From: a virus
Length of the DNA stretch: 64,000 nt
IMG/VR virus record: IMGVR_UViG_3300008266_000033
Span: 1-64,000 of that record
Direction: 5' to 3' (one strand)
A program made the translations under genes and the position numbers. The notes under the pieces were generated by a model, which was not told where the DNA came from, made no database searches, and was given only the letters and a program-made list of their open reading frames with translations. Below are positions 43,010 through 53,613 of this stretch, piece after piece (the first letter of the stretch is position 1; every line of letters starts with the position of its first letter).

Positions 43010-44659
43010 TTAAAACATGTCGTTATATTGAGGAACAGCATTATTTTGTTTTGATTCCTCTTTTTTATCTACTATAACACATTCAGTCAATAATACAGTA
43101 CCAGCTACTGAAGCAGCATTTTCTAAAGCAGTTCGAGTAACTTTAGTAGGATCAATAATTCCTTGCTCAATCATATTAATAACGATTTCTTCTTTAATGT
43201 TGTATCCAAAATATGGTTTTTCACCTGCTTCTCCTAATTCAAGAATTAAATTACATGTTTCATATTGTTCTCGTTCTGAAATTCCAGCATTAGATACGAT
43301 TTTACTAAAAGGAGCAAAACATGCATCATGAACTATTTGCTTTCCAATATTAAAATCCTCACTATCAGATTTAGAATATGTAATAGCTTGACTAGCATAG
43401 ATTAGAGCTGAACCACCACCTGGAACAATACCTTCTTCAATTGCAGCTTTAGCAGCATGTAATGCATCATCAACCCTATCTTTCTTTTCTTTCATTTCAG
43501 TTTCAGTATTACCACCAACATGGATAATAGCTACACCTCCAATGAATTTAGCTAAACGTTCTTGTAATTTTTCTTGCTCATAAGGAGTAGCAGCTTTTTC
43601 AATTTGAGCTTGAAGTTCTTCCATTCGTTGTTTAATACTTTCTTCAGAACCTTTACCATCAACAATTGTAGTTTTATCTCGATCAACAGTAGCTACTCGT
43701 GCTTCACCAAACCAATTTGAATCAAAACGCTCAAACTTCATTCCTTTTTCACTACTGAATACTGTACCACCAGTTAAAATAGCCATATCTTCTAAAAGAA
43801 GTTTTCTACGCTCACCAAAATCAGGAGCTTTAACTGCTGCTACTCTTAGAATACCTCTCATTTTATTTACGATAAGAGTTGCTAATGCTTCACCATCAAT
43901 ATCTTCTGCTACAATAAGTAAAGATCGATTTTGGTTTGAAACACTTTCTAATAGTGGAAGTAATTCTTTTACTTGAGTGATTTTTCTATCAACTATTAAA
44001 ACCAATGGTTTATCTAGAGTACAGGACATGTTATTATTATCAGTAACAAAATAATGTGATTTATAACCACGATCAAATTGCATACCTTCTACTGTTTCAA
44101 GATATGTTTCACCTGAACGTGATTCTTCAATATGAACTACACCTTCACGTCCTACTTTTTCTAAAGCAGTAGCAATAATTTTACCAGTTTCAGTATCGTT
44201 ATTAGAAGAAATAATAGCTACTTGCTCTAATTGTTCTTCTGAAGCAATATCTGAGGAGATTTGGGTTTTTAAGCAGTCAACTATTTGTTTTACTCCAGCA
44301 TCAATACCTCGTTTAATTTCTACTGCATTATGTCCATTATTTAGATATTTAATACCTTTTTGAATAATTTTTTGGGCTAATAAGGTTGAGGTTGTTGTTC
44401 CATCTCCTGCTCGATCAGCTGTTTTAATAGATGCTTGTTTAACCATTTGTGCTCCCAATTCTTCAATAGGATCTTCAAATGAATCTACTCGTTTAGCTAC
44501 TGATACACCATCTTTAGTAGAAACTACATTTTCACCATCATTAAAAATTACATTTCGGCCATTAGGACCTAAAGTAGATGTCACAGCATCACTTAACCTA
44601 TTAATACCTTTAATTAGTTTTTCTCTCGCAACTGCGCCTGTTTCAATAACTTTACTCAT
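43010..44659 (-). CDS. groEL: Chaperonin GroEL
   Basis: TLGPNGRNV, TKDGVSVAK, GDGTTT, EGMQFDRGY, KLQERLAK, GIVPGGG. Confidence 0.98.
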   Translation of the reverse strand: MSKVIETGAVAREKLIKGINRLSDAVTSTLGPNGRNVIFNDGENVVSTKDGVSVAKRVDSFEDPIEELGAQMVKQASIKTADRAGDGTTTSTLLAQKIIQKGIKYLNNGHNAVEIKRGIDAGVKQIVDCLKTQISSDIASEEQLEQVAIISSNNDTETGKIIATALEKVGREGVVHIEESRSGETYLETVEGMQFDRGYKSHYFVTDNNNMSCTLDKPLVLIVDRKITQVKELLPLLESVSNQNRSLLIVAEDIDGEALATLIVNKMRGILRVAAVKAPDFGERRKLLLEDMAILTGGTVFSSEKGMKFERFDSNWFGEARVATVDRDKTTIVDGKGSEESIKQRMEELQAQIEKAATPYEQEKLQERLAKFIGGVAIIHVGGNTETEMKEKKDRVDDALHAAKAAIEEGIVPGGGSALIYASQAITYSKSDSEDFNIGKQIVHDACFAPFSKIVSNAGISEREQYETCNLILELGEAGEKPYFGYNIKEEIVINMIEQGIIDPTKVTRTALENAASVAGTVLLTECVIVDKKEESKQNNAVPQYNDMF

Positions 44660-44673
44660 GTTTTTTATAGTTT

Positions 44674-44964
44674 TTAATCATTAATAATTGCTAATAACTG
44701 TTTTTCAGGGCAAATATAATATTCTTCCCCCTCAAAGTCAAATTTAGTTGGACCCATTTGTGGGAGAATTACTTTATCTCCTACTTTTACAATAGTACTT
44801 AAAAATTCTCCTGTAATAGTATGACTACCAGGACCGATTGCTACTACTGTACCTGAAAGATTTTTTTCTTTCCCCATATCAGGAACGATAATAGATCCAT
44901 AACTCATTTCTTCTTGTGAAAATGGTTTAATAATAACTGCGTCGAATAATGCTTGTAATTTCAT
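44674..44964 (-). CDS. groES: Co-chaperonin GroES
   Basis: IIVPD..KEK..GTVVAIGPG...VKVGDKV. Confidence 0.95.
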   Translation of the reverse strand: MKLQALFDAVIIKPFSQEEMSYGSIIVPDMGKEKNLSGTVVAIGPGSHTITGEFLSTIVKVGDKVILPQMGPTKFDFEGEEYYICPEKQLLAIIND

Positions 44965-45251
44965 AAATCTTCAAATTGTTTAGTAATTAATTGTTGTATT
45001 TGTTTATATTCAGTTACAAATTCTTTAAGTGAATCATATGATTTAGTATTTACTTTTAGTTTCATAACTTTTTTTACAGCAGAATCAATATTAGAATAAT
45101 GACCTACATCTTGAACATACTCCTTACCACTATCAGTGTATGTTGGAGTAATTTTTTGTTTTAAAGTGTAGCAATAATCGTCTACTGAAATGAAATAGGG
45201 TTCCATAGACGGGTCTGAGATTGTTCTTGCTGATGTGATTTCAGTTTTCAT
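44961..45251 (-). CDS. Hypothetical protein
   Basis: 96-aa ORF. Confidence 0.7.
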   Translation of the reverse strand: MKTEITSARTISDPSMEPYFISVDDYCYTLKQKITPTYTDSGKEYVQDVGHYSNIDSAVKKVMKLKVNTKSYDSLKEFVTEYKQIQQLITKQFEDL

Positions 45252-45263
45252 AACTTATATTTT

Positions 45264-45998
45264 TTAATATGTTTCTTTTTGGACTAGATAGTAATAACTT
45301 TCAATATCACCATCGGTAAAAACTAATTTCATTAAACCTTCTCTACTAATTAAGGCTTTAGCTTGGTCTGTTTTATTAGAGCTAAAAATTTCTTTTAAAA
45401 CATTAGCATCAAAACATAATTCAGAACCTCCTGATGAATTTATAACTATATCAGAAAATTTAAAATTAATTTTATTTGAAAAATCTGTTTGATCACCAAT
45501 AGTTAACATTACTTCATTTCCTCCTTCAAACCCCATAATATCTCTAATTGTAACCATATCAGCATCAGGAAGAGCATTTTTTGCTTTAATGAAAGAATTA
45601 ATATTATCTAATGTTAAATTAACTTCAATATCGTATTGGCCAGGATCATTAATAGATGGGATTTTAGGAATAAGCATTAAATCAGCTAAAGAATATTCCA
45701 AAGTATATTTTCCATCATAAATAGTTAATTTATTATAGACTTTATTACTTTTAAGAAAATCTAAATATAAAGTACCATCAGTAATATTAACTAATTTATT
45801 TAATTGAGCTGTATTAAATATAGCTATAGTAGCAGGTATTGTAGGAAAATTAGTAGTAATTCCTCCAACCATATCTTTGTTAGGAGTTATAAATTCTATA
45901 TTTAGTTTACTATTTTCAATTTTCCATTTAACAGAATCAATAAGTCCATTTAAATGGTATTTAGATATAATTGATTGAAATTTCTGTTTTTGAATCAT
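45264..45998 (-). CDS. DNA sliding clamp (T4 gp45/PCNA-like)
   Basis: 244 aa next to PolB; C-terminal ISREGLMKLVF...YYYLV pattern. Confidence 0.75.
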   Translation of the reverse strand: MIQKQKFQSIISKYHLNGLIDSVKWKIENSKLNIEFITPNKDMVGGITTNFPTIPATIAIFNTAQLNKLVNITDGTLYLDFLKSNKVYNKLTIYDGKYTLEYSLADLMLIPKIPSINDPGQYDIEVNLTLDNINSFIKAKNALPDADMVTIRDIMGFEGGNEVMLTIGDQTDFSNKINFKFSDIVINSSGGSELCFDANVLKEIFSSNKTDQAKALISREGLMKLVFTDGDIESYYYLVQKETY

Positions 45999-46034
45999 AC
46001 GGAAATATAATAAATTTTTTGTGAATAACCAAGC

Positions 46035-48764
46035 TTAAAAAAAATTAAAGAATTTAGATACATTTTTATTAAAAACTGGCATTTCCCATTTAATATCTGA
46101 ATATAAACTCTCTAATTTATTTTTCATAACTGAATCAAATACTAAAGCCCTATCAATAAATTGTTCAATAAAATCTATAATTTCAGGGGGATCTGAGTAT
46201 CCATTAAATCCTAATACCTCTATTTTATAAGGATTATTTTTAAGATAAGCAATATACATTTTATCTCCAATTTGAAAAGTAGGATATTTTTTATCTAATT
46301 TTTTAAATCTTAATAAGTCATTATAATAGATAGCACTTTTGGTATTAATTGGACATTTTTTTCTTAATCTTGAAAATATTTCTCCTGATAATGGAGGATT
46401 TTCTATATATTCTCCTACTTTTTTAAGACCTGTAGGTTTTAGTAATTTTCTCCAGTTAATTGTAGATAAACTATCTCTAAATTCAGTAATAAATTTATCA
46501 ATATCTTTTTTATTTTCTCCGAATATAACCTTTTCAATTAATGTTTTTCCAAAATCTCTAAATAATGGAGGGAAATTTGATTTCATCAAATCTAACCCCT
46601 TCATCTCTAACTCTTCAACATCAATCCCTTCTTTATTTACTACATACATAGCATATCTTCTTTTACCAGCCCAATATGCTTTTTCTACAATTACTTCTTG
46701 CTTTAATTCAAAATAATGTTTTCCATGTATGTTGAATAGATTAGAACACATTTGATTTAAATTATCATTTGCCTTTACCTGCAATTCAGCAGTCAATTCA
46801 AGTAATTTAGCAATTTTATTCTTTCTATCAGATAAATCAATGTTAGGGTATTTATGTAATAATAAATCTGTTAATTCTATATATAAACTATCGGTATCAC
46901 TCGCACGAACATATTGATTATCTTTGTTTTTACCATGTATTATATTGTCTATAAATGAATTTACAAATGTAATCGATTCCTGCGTTAATCTTTGACCACT
47001 GTTTGTAATAGATGCTGAACAAACTTTATACCCATCAGTAAATCTCCAACCATTAATTGCATAAGTACCATATAAAGCATTTTGCAAGATTTTAAAGGCC
47101 ATTTGATACAAATCATATAATTTATATTTTTCCCAATCTTCTGCTTTACCTGCTTTTTTCTTTAATGCTCGATAGTGTTCTCGTTTATCAAACCAATCCT
47201 CTAATACCTCGCAAGCTATACTTTTGTTATCATTATTATAAAAAGCACCGCTAGCTGAGATACTCCAATCATTATCTTCAATTAGATTAATTAGTTGACC
47301 TAATTTTATTTTAGCTGATTTTAATTGGTAGGTTTTATTATTTAGTTTTTCAATAATAATTTCTTCTTCTGGGTTTTTGAGTTTTAGTTTCTCTAATGAA
47401 AAATTCTGCTCATAGTTATCCTTAGTTACAATTCTTCCAATTAATGTTTCAACTCCTAAATTAAGTGATTTAATAATTGAAGGGTATAGTGATGTAAAAT
47501 CTAGGTCACTTAAATTAGAATATAAACCAGGTACAGGATCTAAAAGATACCCTCCAGCATATGAATCTTTTTTCTTTAAAGTATTAGATGAACGAGTAAT
47601 AATAGCTCCTGATGAATTCTTTACTTGAATTTGATCCTTATTTATATAATGGATAATTCCTTCAATAGTAGGGGTACCTCTTTGATTTACTACTATGTCT
47701 CCAATATTAAATTCTTTGATTGAAGGGTTAGTTGTAGTAGGTTTATTAGGTGCTATTACACCTTTTCGTTTTAAATAAGTTAATATAGCTCCTTCATTCA
47801 ATACTGTATTATAATAGATAGATTCATAAGGAGTATGACATAAGTGAGAAATTAAAACTGTTAATTGAATAAACTTTAATTTTTCCTCTAATGCTTCAAT
47901 AATTTCAACATCTCGAAGGTTATATTCAATAAATTTATTTTTATCTTCTTTAAATAACTTATCTAATGAACCATTATACTCAATCTTACCTAATTTTACA
48001 TACTTAGTTCCAATATCACCTAATTTATATGATGGTTCTTCCTTTGCTATATATTTTTTAAGCAAATGCATAAAATCTAAGCAATTAACCCCACCAATTC
48101 GAATAGGTGAATCTGCTGAGTATGGGTTTTCGCTTATTTTTTCAATAGGTGAAAGTCTTAGAGCTTTATTTTCTCCTAAAATTCTTTTAATTCTATAATA
48201 AAGATAAGGAATATCAAAAAAATCACCATTGTAATGAACACAGATAGTAGGATCAAGCTCTTGCCATGTTTTTAGAAATTTAGTTAGCAATTCAGTTTCT
48301 GAGGAGCAAGATATAATTTCCTTAGTATCTTCTATAAATGATTTTATTTCTTGTTTTTTATCAAGAATAAAACATATTTTTCTTTTAGAAGTTACATCTA
48401 TTAAAGCGATAGCTGTTACTTCAGCGTTAGCTTCTCTAATGGTTTGGGGTGTTAGAGCCCCTAACATTTCAATCTCAATATCTAAATAAACTATATCATG
48501 AGATGAAGGCATATCATCTGTTTCATAATATAAATCTCTTAATATCAATAATTCTTTATCAATATCTTTTTCTAAAATATTAGGATCATTCCAATCAAAT
48601 TTACCTTTGAATGGAGAACATCTATCCCCAAATAAGGTAAAATGTTCTCCATAAGGATCTAAACGATAATAGGTAGGGCGATATTGAAAAACCGACCACC
48701 CTTCTACATCATCTTTTAAATAATATTGTTTTTCGGGTCTATCGTAATAAATTGCTTGGTACAT
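46035..48764 (-). CDS. polB: Family B DNA polymerase
   Basis: Exo motifs YLDIE, YNGDFFDIPY, YNLRDV; pol motifs DFTSLYPSII, KILQNALYG, SDTDS, KRRYA. Confidence 0.97.
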   Translation of the reverse strand: MYQAIYYDRPEKQYYLKDDVEGWSVFQYRPTYYRLDPYGEHFTLFGDRCSPFKGKFDWNDPNILEKDIDKELLILRDLYYETDDMPSSHDIVYLDIEIEMLGALTPQTIREANAEVTAIALIDVTSKRKICFILDKKQEIKSFIEDTKEIISCSSETELLTKFLKTWQELDPTICVHYNGDFFDIPYLYYRIKRILGENKALRLSPIEKISENPYSADSPIRIGGVNCLDFMHLLKKYIAKEEPSYKLGDIGTKYVKLGKIEYNGSLDKLFKEDKNKFIEYNLRDVEIIEALEEKLKFIQLTVLISHLCHTPYESIYYNTVLNEGAILTYLKRKGVIAPNKPTTTNPSIKEFNIGDIVVNQRGTPTIEGIIHYINKDQIQVKNSSGAIITRSSNTLKKKDSYAGGYLLDPVPGLYSNLSDLDFTSLYPSIIKSLNLGVETLIGRIVTKDNYEQNFSLEKLKLKNPEEEIIIEKLNNKTYQLKSAKIKLGQLINLIEDNDWSISASGAFYNNDNKSIACEVLEDWFDKREHYRALKKKAGKAEDWEKYKLYDLYQMAFKILQNALYGTYAINGWRFTDGYKVCSASITNSGQRLTQESITFVNSFIDNIIHGKNKDNQYVRASDTDSLYIELTDLLLHKYPNIDLSDRKNKIAKLLELTAELQVKANDNLNQMCSNLFNIHGKHYFELKQEVIVEKAYWAGKRRYAMYVVNKEGIDVEELEMKGLDLMKSNFPPLFRDFGKTLIEKVIFGENKKDIDKFITEFRDSLSTINWRKLLKPTGLKKVGEYIENPPLSGEIFSRLRKKCPINTKSAIYYNDLLRFKKLDKKYPTFQIGDKMYIAYLKNNPYKIEVLGFNGYSDPPEIIDFIEQFIDRALVFDSVMKNKLESLYSDIKWEMPVFNKNVSKFFNFF

Positions 48765-49069
48765 TAAACTAGCTCTTCTTCAGGAATTAATAATTCTTTA
48801 ACTAATTCGTCGGCTTGTTGCCATTCATCTAAAGGTACGAACCTATTTACGTTAAACCACCAGATATCATCAAATGTTTTAAATCTATCTTTACATTTAG
48901 GACAATACTGGGCACGTCTAATACTATCTTTAGCAAAACCCACATCTATTAAAATGTAATTACATGAACATAACCCATACTTAATAGATTTAATTACATA
49001 ATTTTTATTTTCAACTAAAGGAGTATTTTTACTATTGACGCAAACTAGTTTTTGTCCTATATCAACCAT
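48764..49069 (-). CDS. Hypothetical zinc-ribbon protein
   Basis: CSC...CPKC. Confidence 0.65.
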   Translation of the reverse strand: MVDIGQKLVCVNSKNTPLVENKNYVIKSIKYGLCSCNYILIDVGFAKDSIRRAQYCPKCKDRFKTFDDIWWFNVNRFVPLDEWQQADELVKELLIPEEELV

Positions 49070-49071
49070 GA

Positions 49072-49551
49072 TTATTTATGAAAAAATTGTTCTAAATTAG
49101 GTGAAAAATAATTTATTGATTTTTGAGCTTTTCTGTCACTTGAACGATAAACAATCCATAGATTTCCCACTTTTTCATAGTGGCATTCATAACCCTTTTC
49201 TTTAGATCTTACCTCAACTGTTTTTTGAGCCTCTTCTTCAGTTTGACATGCTTTAGATAAGTTTGAGGCCTGAATTTCATTATAGATAAATCTGAATTTA
49301 TCTTTTAATCCATAAGCTAAAATACCTGCTGATAAAACATACATGATATCTCCAAAAGCATCAGCAATTCCTACAATATCGTCGGCTTCATAAGCCTCTT
49401 TATATTCATTTAATTCCTCTAAAATAAAATCATAAATGAATTTTTTCTCAAATTCAGGAATATCTGTGGTAGGTTCGGTATTATTTAATTTTCCAAATAC
49501 TTCATTAAAAAGTTGTACTTCTGAAATAAATGGTACATATTTATCTTCCAT
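49072..49551 (-). CDS. MazG-like / PRA-PH-type nucleoside triphosphate pyrophosphohydrolase
   Basis: EELNEYKEA...IADAFGDIMYV...EIQASNLSK. Confidence 0.85.
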   Translation of the reverse strand: MEDKYVPFISEVQLFNEVFGKLNNTEPTTDIPEFEKKFIYDFILEELNEYKEAYEADDIVGIADAFGDIMYVLSAGILAYGLKDKFRFIYNEIQASNLSKACQTEEEAQKTVEVRSKEKGYECHYEKVGNLWIVYRSSDRKAQKSINYFSPNLEQFFHK

Positions 49552-49576
49552 TATTTATATTTTTTTATTAAGTTAA

Positions 49577-50212
49577 TTATATTATTTTAAATTTCCAAAT
49601 AAACCCATTTGAAGTATTCTGTTTACCATTACAACAAAAAGAAATACCATCTTTACTACTATTAGTTTGCCTAGCAGCTTCATTTATACTATTAAATTCA
49701 GCTAATTTGATTCCATCTAATGAATATTGTTCAACCATTTTTTTATTAGGAGCACTTTCTCTATATTTTAAAATCATTTCTTCAGTAGTAATACGAGGAT
49801 TATTTTGTTTAGTTTGTTTTATTTTATCTATCACCTCTTGTGATCTTGATTTTTTATTCATACTCCACCATTGTTTCATTTTATTAATAGTATCAGGGGT
49901 GTGTTTTTTACCTTTATTTAATAATCCATTCCCACCACTTCCCCCTAAACCAACATTTAATCCTTGTTTAACACTATTATAATGATTTATCCAATATATT
50001 TCACGTTCATCTAATTGTTCAATATTACATTCTTCAATAACTTCAAATTTATGATTTTCAACTCCATATTTTAAAATACTACGATGTAGTTTAATATGTT
50101 GTTTTATTGTTATTATATTAGAATGATAATATCTCCATCTATGTTTAATATTTCTGGATTGGCCAATATATATTTTACCAGTTGGGTTTGTTATTTTATA
50201 AATTCCTATCAT
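49577..50212 (-). CDS. GIY-YIG homing endonuclease (NUMOD3/NUMOD1)
   Basis: IGIYKITNPTGKIYIGQS, GKKHTPDT, VEQYSLDG...FNSINEAAR...GFIWKF. Confidence 0.93.
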   Translation of the reverse strand: MIGIYKITNPTGKIYIGQSRNIKHRWRYYHSNIITIKQHIKLHRSILKYGVENHKFEVIEECNIEQLDEREIYWINHYNSVKQGLNVGLGGSGGNGLLNKGKKHTPDTINKMKQWWSMNKKSRSQEVIDKIKQTKQNNPRITTEEMILKYRESAPNKKMVEQYSLDGIKLAEFNSINEAARQTNSSKDGISFCCNGKQNTSNGFIWKFKII

Positions 50213-50225
50213 ATATCAATAAATA

Positions 50226-50248
50226 TGCGTTCCTTGCAGAGGAACGCA
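50226..50248. terminator. Hairpin between folE and the GIY-YIG gene
   Basis: TGCGTTCCT-TGCAG-AGGAACGCA, directly 5' of the ATATTTAT motif. Confidence 0.65.
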
Positions 50249-50253
50249 ATCTA

Positions 50254-50979
50254 TTAACAATATGTTTGCATATGGAGTGTAAGCATACTCATTACTTCTT
50301 GTTTAGCTGTTCTGTTGTGATCAGCAAATACACCACTTACTTCACTTGTAACCATACTAGCACCCCAATGTTTAACACCCCTACAGGAAACACAATTGTG
50401 TGTGCTATGTACTACTACCATTACATTTTCAGTTTCAGCTACTGCTTGAATAGCATTATGAACAGCAACTGTAAGTTGTTCCTGAATAGCACCTCTACGA
50501 GCAAAGTGTTCTACTATACGATTAAGTTTAGATAATCCTACTACTTTACCATCTTCTCCAGGAATATAAGCAATATGTGCTTTACCTAAAATAGCTTGAT
50601 GATGATGTGAACACATACTAACAATTGGAATATCTCGTTCTAATACAATTCCATTATAACCATCACTAGGAAAAGCAGTAATATCTGTAGGTAACTCATA
50701 TCTACCCCTCCATAGATCTTTTACATAAGCTTTAGCTACTCGAGTAGGTGTTTCCATAGAATTAGGATCATTTTCCCAATCAACACCTAATGAGGTTAAA
50801 AACTTACCATAATAAAAAGAAGCATTTTTAATAATTTTTTCTTTTTCTTTTTCATTAAGTGAGCGATGCTCTCCTTTATCTAAAATTTCTTTTAATTGCA
50901 GTGAAATACCATTAGCATAACCTGCTTGAGCCGTTTCTAGATTTTCTACATCAATTACTTGTCTTCGTTTATTTTCCAT
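50254..50979 (-). CDS. folE: GTP cyclohydrolase I
   Basis: ETPTRVAK, SMCSHH, GLSKLNR, IQEQLT, HNCVSCRG. Confidence 0.95.
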   Translation of the reverse strand: MENKRRQVIDVENLETAQAGYANGISLQLKEILDKGEHRSLNEKEKEKIIKNASFYYGKFLTSLGVDWENDPNSMETPTRVAKAYVKDLWRGRYELPTDITAFPSDGYNGIVLERDIPIVSMCSHHHQAILGKAHIAYIPGEDGKVVGLSKLNRIVEHFARRGAIQEQLTVAVHNAIQAVAETENVMVVVHSTHNCVSCRGVKHWGASMVTSEVSGVFADHNRTAKQEVMSMLTLHMQTYC

Positions 50980-51256
50980 AATTTTTAATAAAAGTTTTAA
51001 TTTTTTGTGGACCTTCTAAAACACTAACACCTCCATTATTTATATGAAGAATAGTAGGTATATACATTATATTAAAATATTCTTGTATTTCAGTTTCAGA
51101 ATCTGAATCTATTTCAATATATGAAATTTCATTTATATTTGCAAATTTTTTTATTAAAGGTTTGAGTTCTTTACAATGTCCACACCAATCAGTATGAATT
51201 AATATTATAGCCTCGTCATTGTTTAATTGAAGTTGTTTTAAAGTTTGTTTATCCAT
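50969..51256 (-). CDS. Thioredoxin
   Basis: WCGHC, IPT. Confidence 0.9.
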   Translation of the reverse strand: MDKQTLKQLQLNNDEAIILIHTDWCGHCKELKPLIKKFANINEISYIEIDSDSETEIQEYFNIMYIPTILHINNGGVSVLEGPQKIKTFIKNYGK

Positions 51257-51274
51257 ATAAAATTTTATTAATTA

Positions 51275-52249
51275 TTATTTCCAATTACCATTCTGTAAAA
51301 ATTGAGAAATTTTATCTTTTGTATTTGCTGGTTCATAACCTGTTGTATATCCTATTCGTCTTCTAGATTCACCCTTTTCATTTATGAAAAATATTTGTGG
51401 TAGAGCCATAACTTCAGAAATTTCAACAAGTTCTTGAGATTTTGTTTTAGGTTGTATAATTTCTTTATTATTAATAAATTTTTTAACAGGTGGATCAACA
51501 AGAATAAACTTAAATGAAACTAAATTTGTATCATAAGTTGTTTTAAATTTATCAAAATGTTTTTTCATTTCAATAGCTAACCCACAACTATTATCATAAA
51601 ATAAACATATTGTTTTTTTATTTCTAAAACTCAATAATTCTTTTTGTCTTTTACTTAATGGTAAAAACTTTGATTCATGAATTTTAATTCTAGCTTCTCT
51701 TTCATTATGTTCTTTTTTTACTTTTTCAAAAATTTTTCGTTCTTCTTCACTAAGAGTTTGTGAATAAACTGTTTGGGAAAAAGAAAATATAAAACTTACT
51801 AAAAAAAATAATGTTAAAGTTTTATTGAAAATAGAATTATTAAAACTAGTCATAAAATTACGTTTAAATTTTATCCAATTGTATTTAGTTGAACGTTTAA
51901 ATCTTTCTATATCAATATCAAATCTCATACGTCTTCCTATAGGATAAGAAACTTTAAGTAGTTCACGTTTTAATTTAGGGTATTTTTTGAATAAAGTAAT
52001 AAATTTTAGTTGACTTGGGTAACTACAAAAATCAAATTTACCATCTTCAAAATGAGCTAATTCTTGAGTTGAAGGAGTAAATTTATCTAAAAACTTAATA
52101 TCTACACCTCCTTCCAATAAATTACGTTTTAAAACTACCCAATTATCTGAACCTACGTTAACTGCACTTTCATAGAAATTATCCATTGCGGTATTAAGTT
52201 TAATCGAAACTTTTACCTTACTTTCATAAAGAAAATTTAGTGTTTTCAT
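51275..52249 (-). CDS. Membrane protein with C-terminal degenerate thioredoxin-like domain
   Basis: Internal hydrophobic or signal-like segment; FYDNSCGLA...LPQIFFINEKG. Confidence 0.55.
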   Translation of the reverse strand: MKTLNFLYESKVKVSIKLNTAMDNFYESAVNVGSDNWVVLKRNLLEGGVDIKFLDKFTPSTQELAHFEDGKFDFCSYPSQLKFITLFKKYPKLKRELLKVSYPIGRRMRFDIDIERFKRSTKYNWIKFKRNFMTSFNNSIFNKTLTLFFLVSFIFSFSQTVYSQTLSEEERKIFEKVKKEHNEREARIKIHESKFLPLSKRQKELLSFRNKKTICLFYDNSCGLAIEMKKHFDKFKTTYDTNLVSFKFILVDPPVKKFINNKEIIQPKTKSQELVEISEVMALPQIFFINEKGESRRRIGYTTGYEPANTKDKISQFLQNGNWK

Positions 52250-52461
52250 AGTTTTTATTTTTTAGGGATTTTGTATGCAAGTATTGTTGCGATTGTAAGT
52301 TTTAAAACAATGCATGTAAAAATTACTAACACACATATAGGAAAAAATTCACCTAATAATGTATCGAAATGTGAATGTTCACTTATATAATCAATATTAC
52401 TTAAATTTGAAGATTTCATATAAGTATTTTTTATTAATTATCTTGACATAAAGATACGAAA

Positions 52462-52477
52462 GGCCTCTTGCGAGGCC
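52462..52477 (-). terminator. Hairpin after the endolysin, adjacent to a class I promoter
   Basis: GGCCTC-TTGC-GAGGCC next to TTCGTATCTTTAT. Confidence 0.55.
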
Positions 52478-52504
52478 AAACTATAATACACGATATGTAA
52501 TTTT

Positions 52505-53041
52505 TTATAAATTTACATATGTAGTTCCTGGGATAAAGTTTTTTGCTTGATGTTTTGGTAATAAAGTTCTCCAAGTATGACCAAATGTTTTTTCAAAATG
52601 AGGTCTATCTTTAAAAGATTTCCAATCTCCCCCCCAAACCCAGTTATGTTTTTTAAAAATATTTACTACTTCCATCCAATCTGCTTTTCCATCTTTATCA
52701 AAATCAACATTAGTTTCCCAAGACACTGATTCAAAAGTTCCATCACTATTAGTATCTTTAAGTAATACTATATCAAGTGCTAAACCATAATTGTGTATAG
52801 ATTGACCTCCTTTAGCTTTAGTTACTATACCTAACTTATTTCCTTTAGAATCATATAGTTTAGTTCTTCCTCTTGAATATATTTCATTTTGTTCTTCAAA
52901 AGTTCTTAATGTATAAGCAAATCGACATATTGCTTTGCCTGATAAAGCAGGAACTATTTCATTTTCATAAATGTTTTTTACTTCTTGTCTTACTGCTGGG
53001 TGTAAGGTTTCGATTCTTTGTAATGTAATTTGGTCTTTCAT
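52505..53041 (-). CDS. M15-family peptidase (L-Ala-D-Glu endopeptidase-type endolysin)
   Basis: RTFEEQ..IY..GRT, SIHNYGLALD, WGGDWKSFKDRPHFE. Confidence 0.92.
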   Translation of the reverse strand: MKDQITLQRIETLHPAVRQEVKNIYENEIVPALSGKAICRFAYTLRTFEEQNEIYSRGRTKLYDSKGNKLGIVTKAKGGQSIHNYGLALDIVLLKDTNSDGTFESVSWETNVDFDKDGKADWMEVVNIFKKHNWVWGGDWKSFKDRPHFEKTFGHTWRTLLPKHQAKNFIPGTTYVNL

Positions 53042-53613
53042 AAGTTAACTAGTGTTACTCGTCCTATGACTTGTTTAAATATATTTTTATGGTCTTTATA
53101 ATTGAATTTATACACATAAACCCCTTCCATAATCATTTCATTATTTTTGGTTCTTCCGTTCCATAAATATGTAGAGTCAAAACTTTCAAATATTAATTCA
53201 CCCCACCTATTAAAAATCATTAAATGATAATCTGTTATGTTTAGTGTTTTTATATGAAAATAATCATTTAAATTATCTTCATTTGGAGTAAAAGCATTAG
53301 GAATCCAAACATAACTATCTAAACATAAGATTACTTTTATTACGACTGAAGTATTATCTGTTTTGCAATTATCATTAGAGTAATAAACTGATAGATTATA
53401 TAATCCTTCTTTATTTAATAATAATATTATTTGAGATTCATCTTGATATAATATTGCAGATGAAGGATCTACATTCCATACTGTAGTAAAATATTCAAAA
53501 TTTTCAACATAAAACTTTTTTATAGTATCTCCTTTACATAATTCTATCACATAGTTTTGTGAAAACAAAACATTAGATAGAAAAATTAGAAATACTAATA
53601 AAAATTGTTTCAT
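53038..53613 (-). CDS. Secreted protein with T9SS type-B (gliding motility-associated) CTD
   Basis: Signal peptide; WIPNAFTPNEDNLNDYF...IFNRWGELIFES...WNG...GVYVY...GRVTLV. Confidence 0.9.
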   Translation of the reverse strand: MKQFLLVFLIFLSNVLFSQNYVIELCKGDTIKKFYVENFEYFTTVWNVDPSSAILYQDESQIILLLNKEGLYNLSVYYSNDNCKTDNTSVVIKVILCLDSYVWIPNAFTPNEDNLNDYFHIKTLNITDYHLMIFNRWGELIFESFDSTYLWNGRTKNNEMIMEGVYVYKFNYKDHKNIFKQVIGRVTLVNL

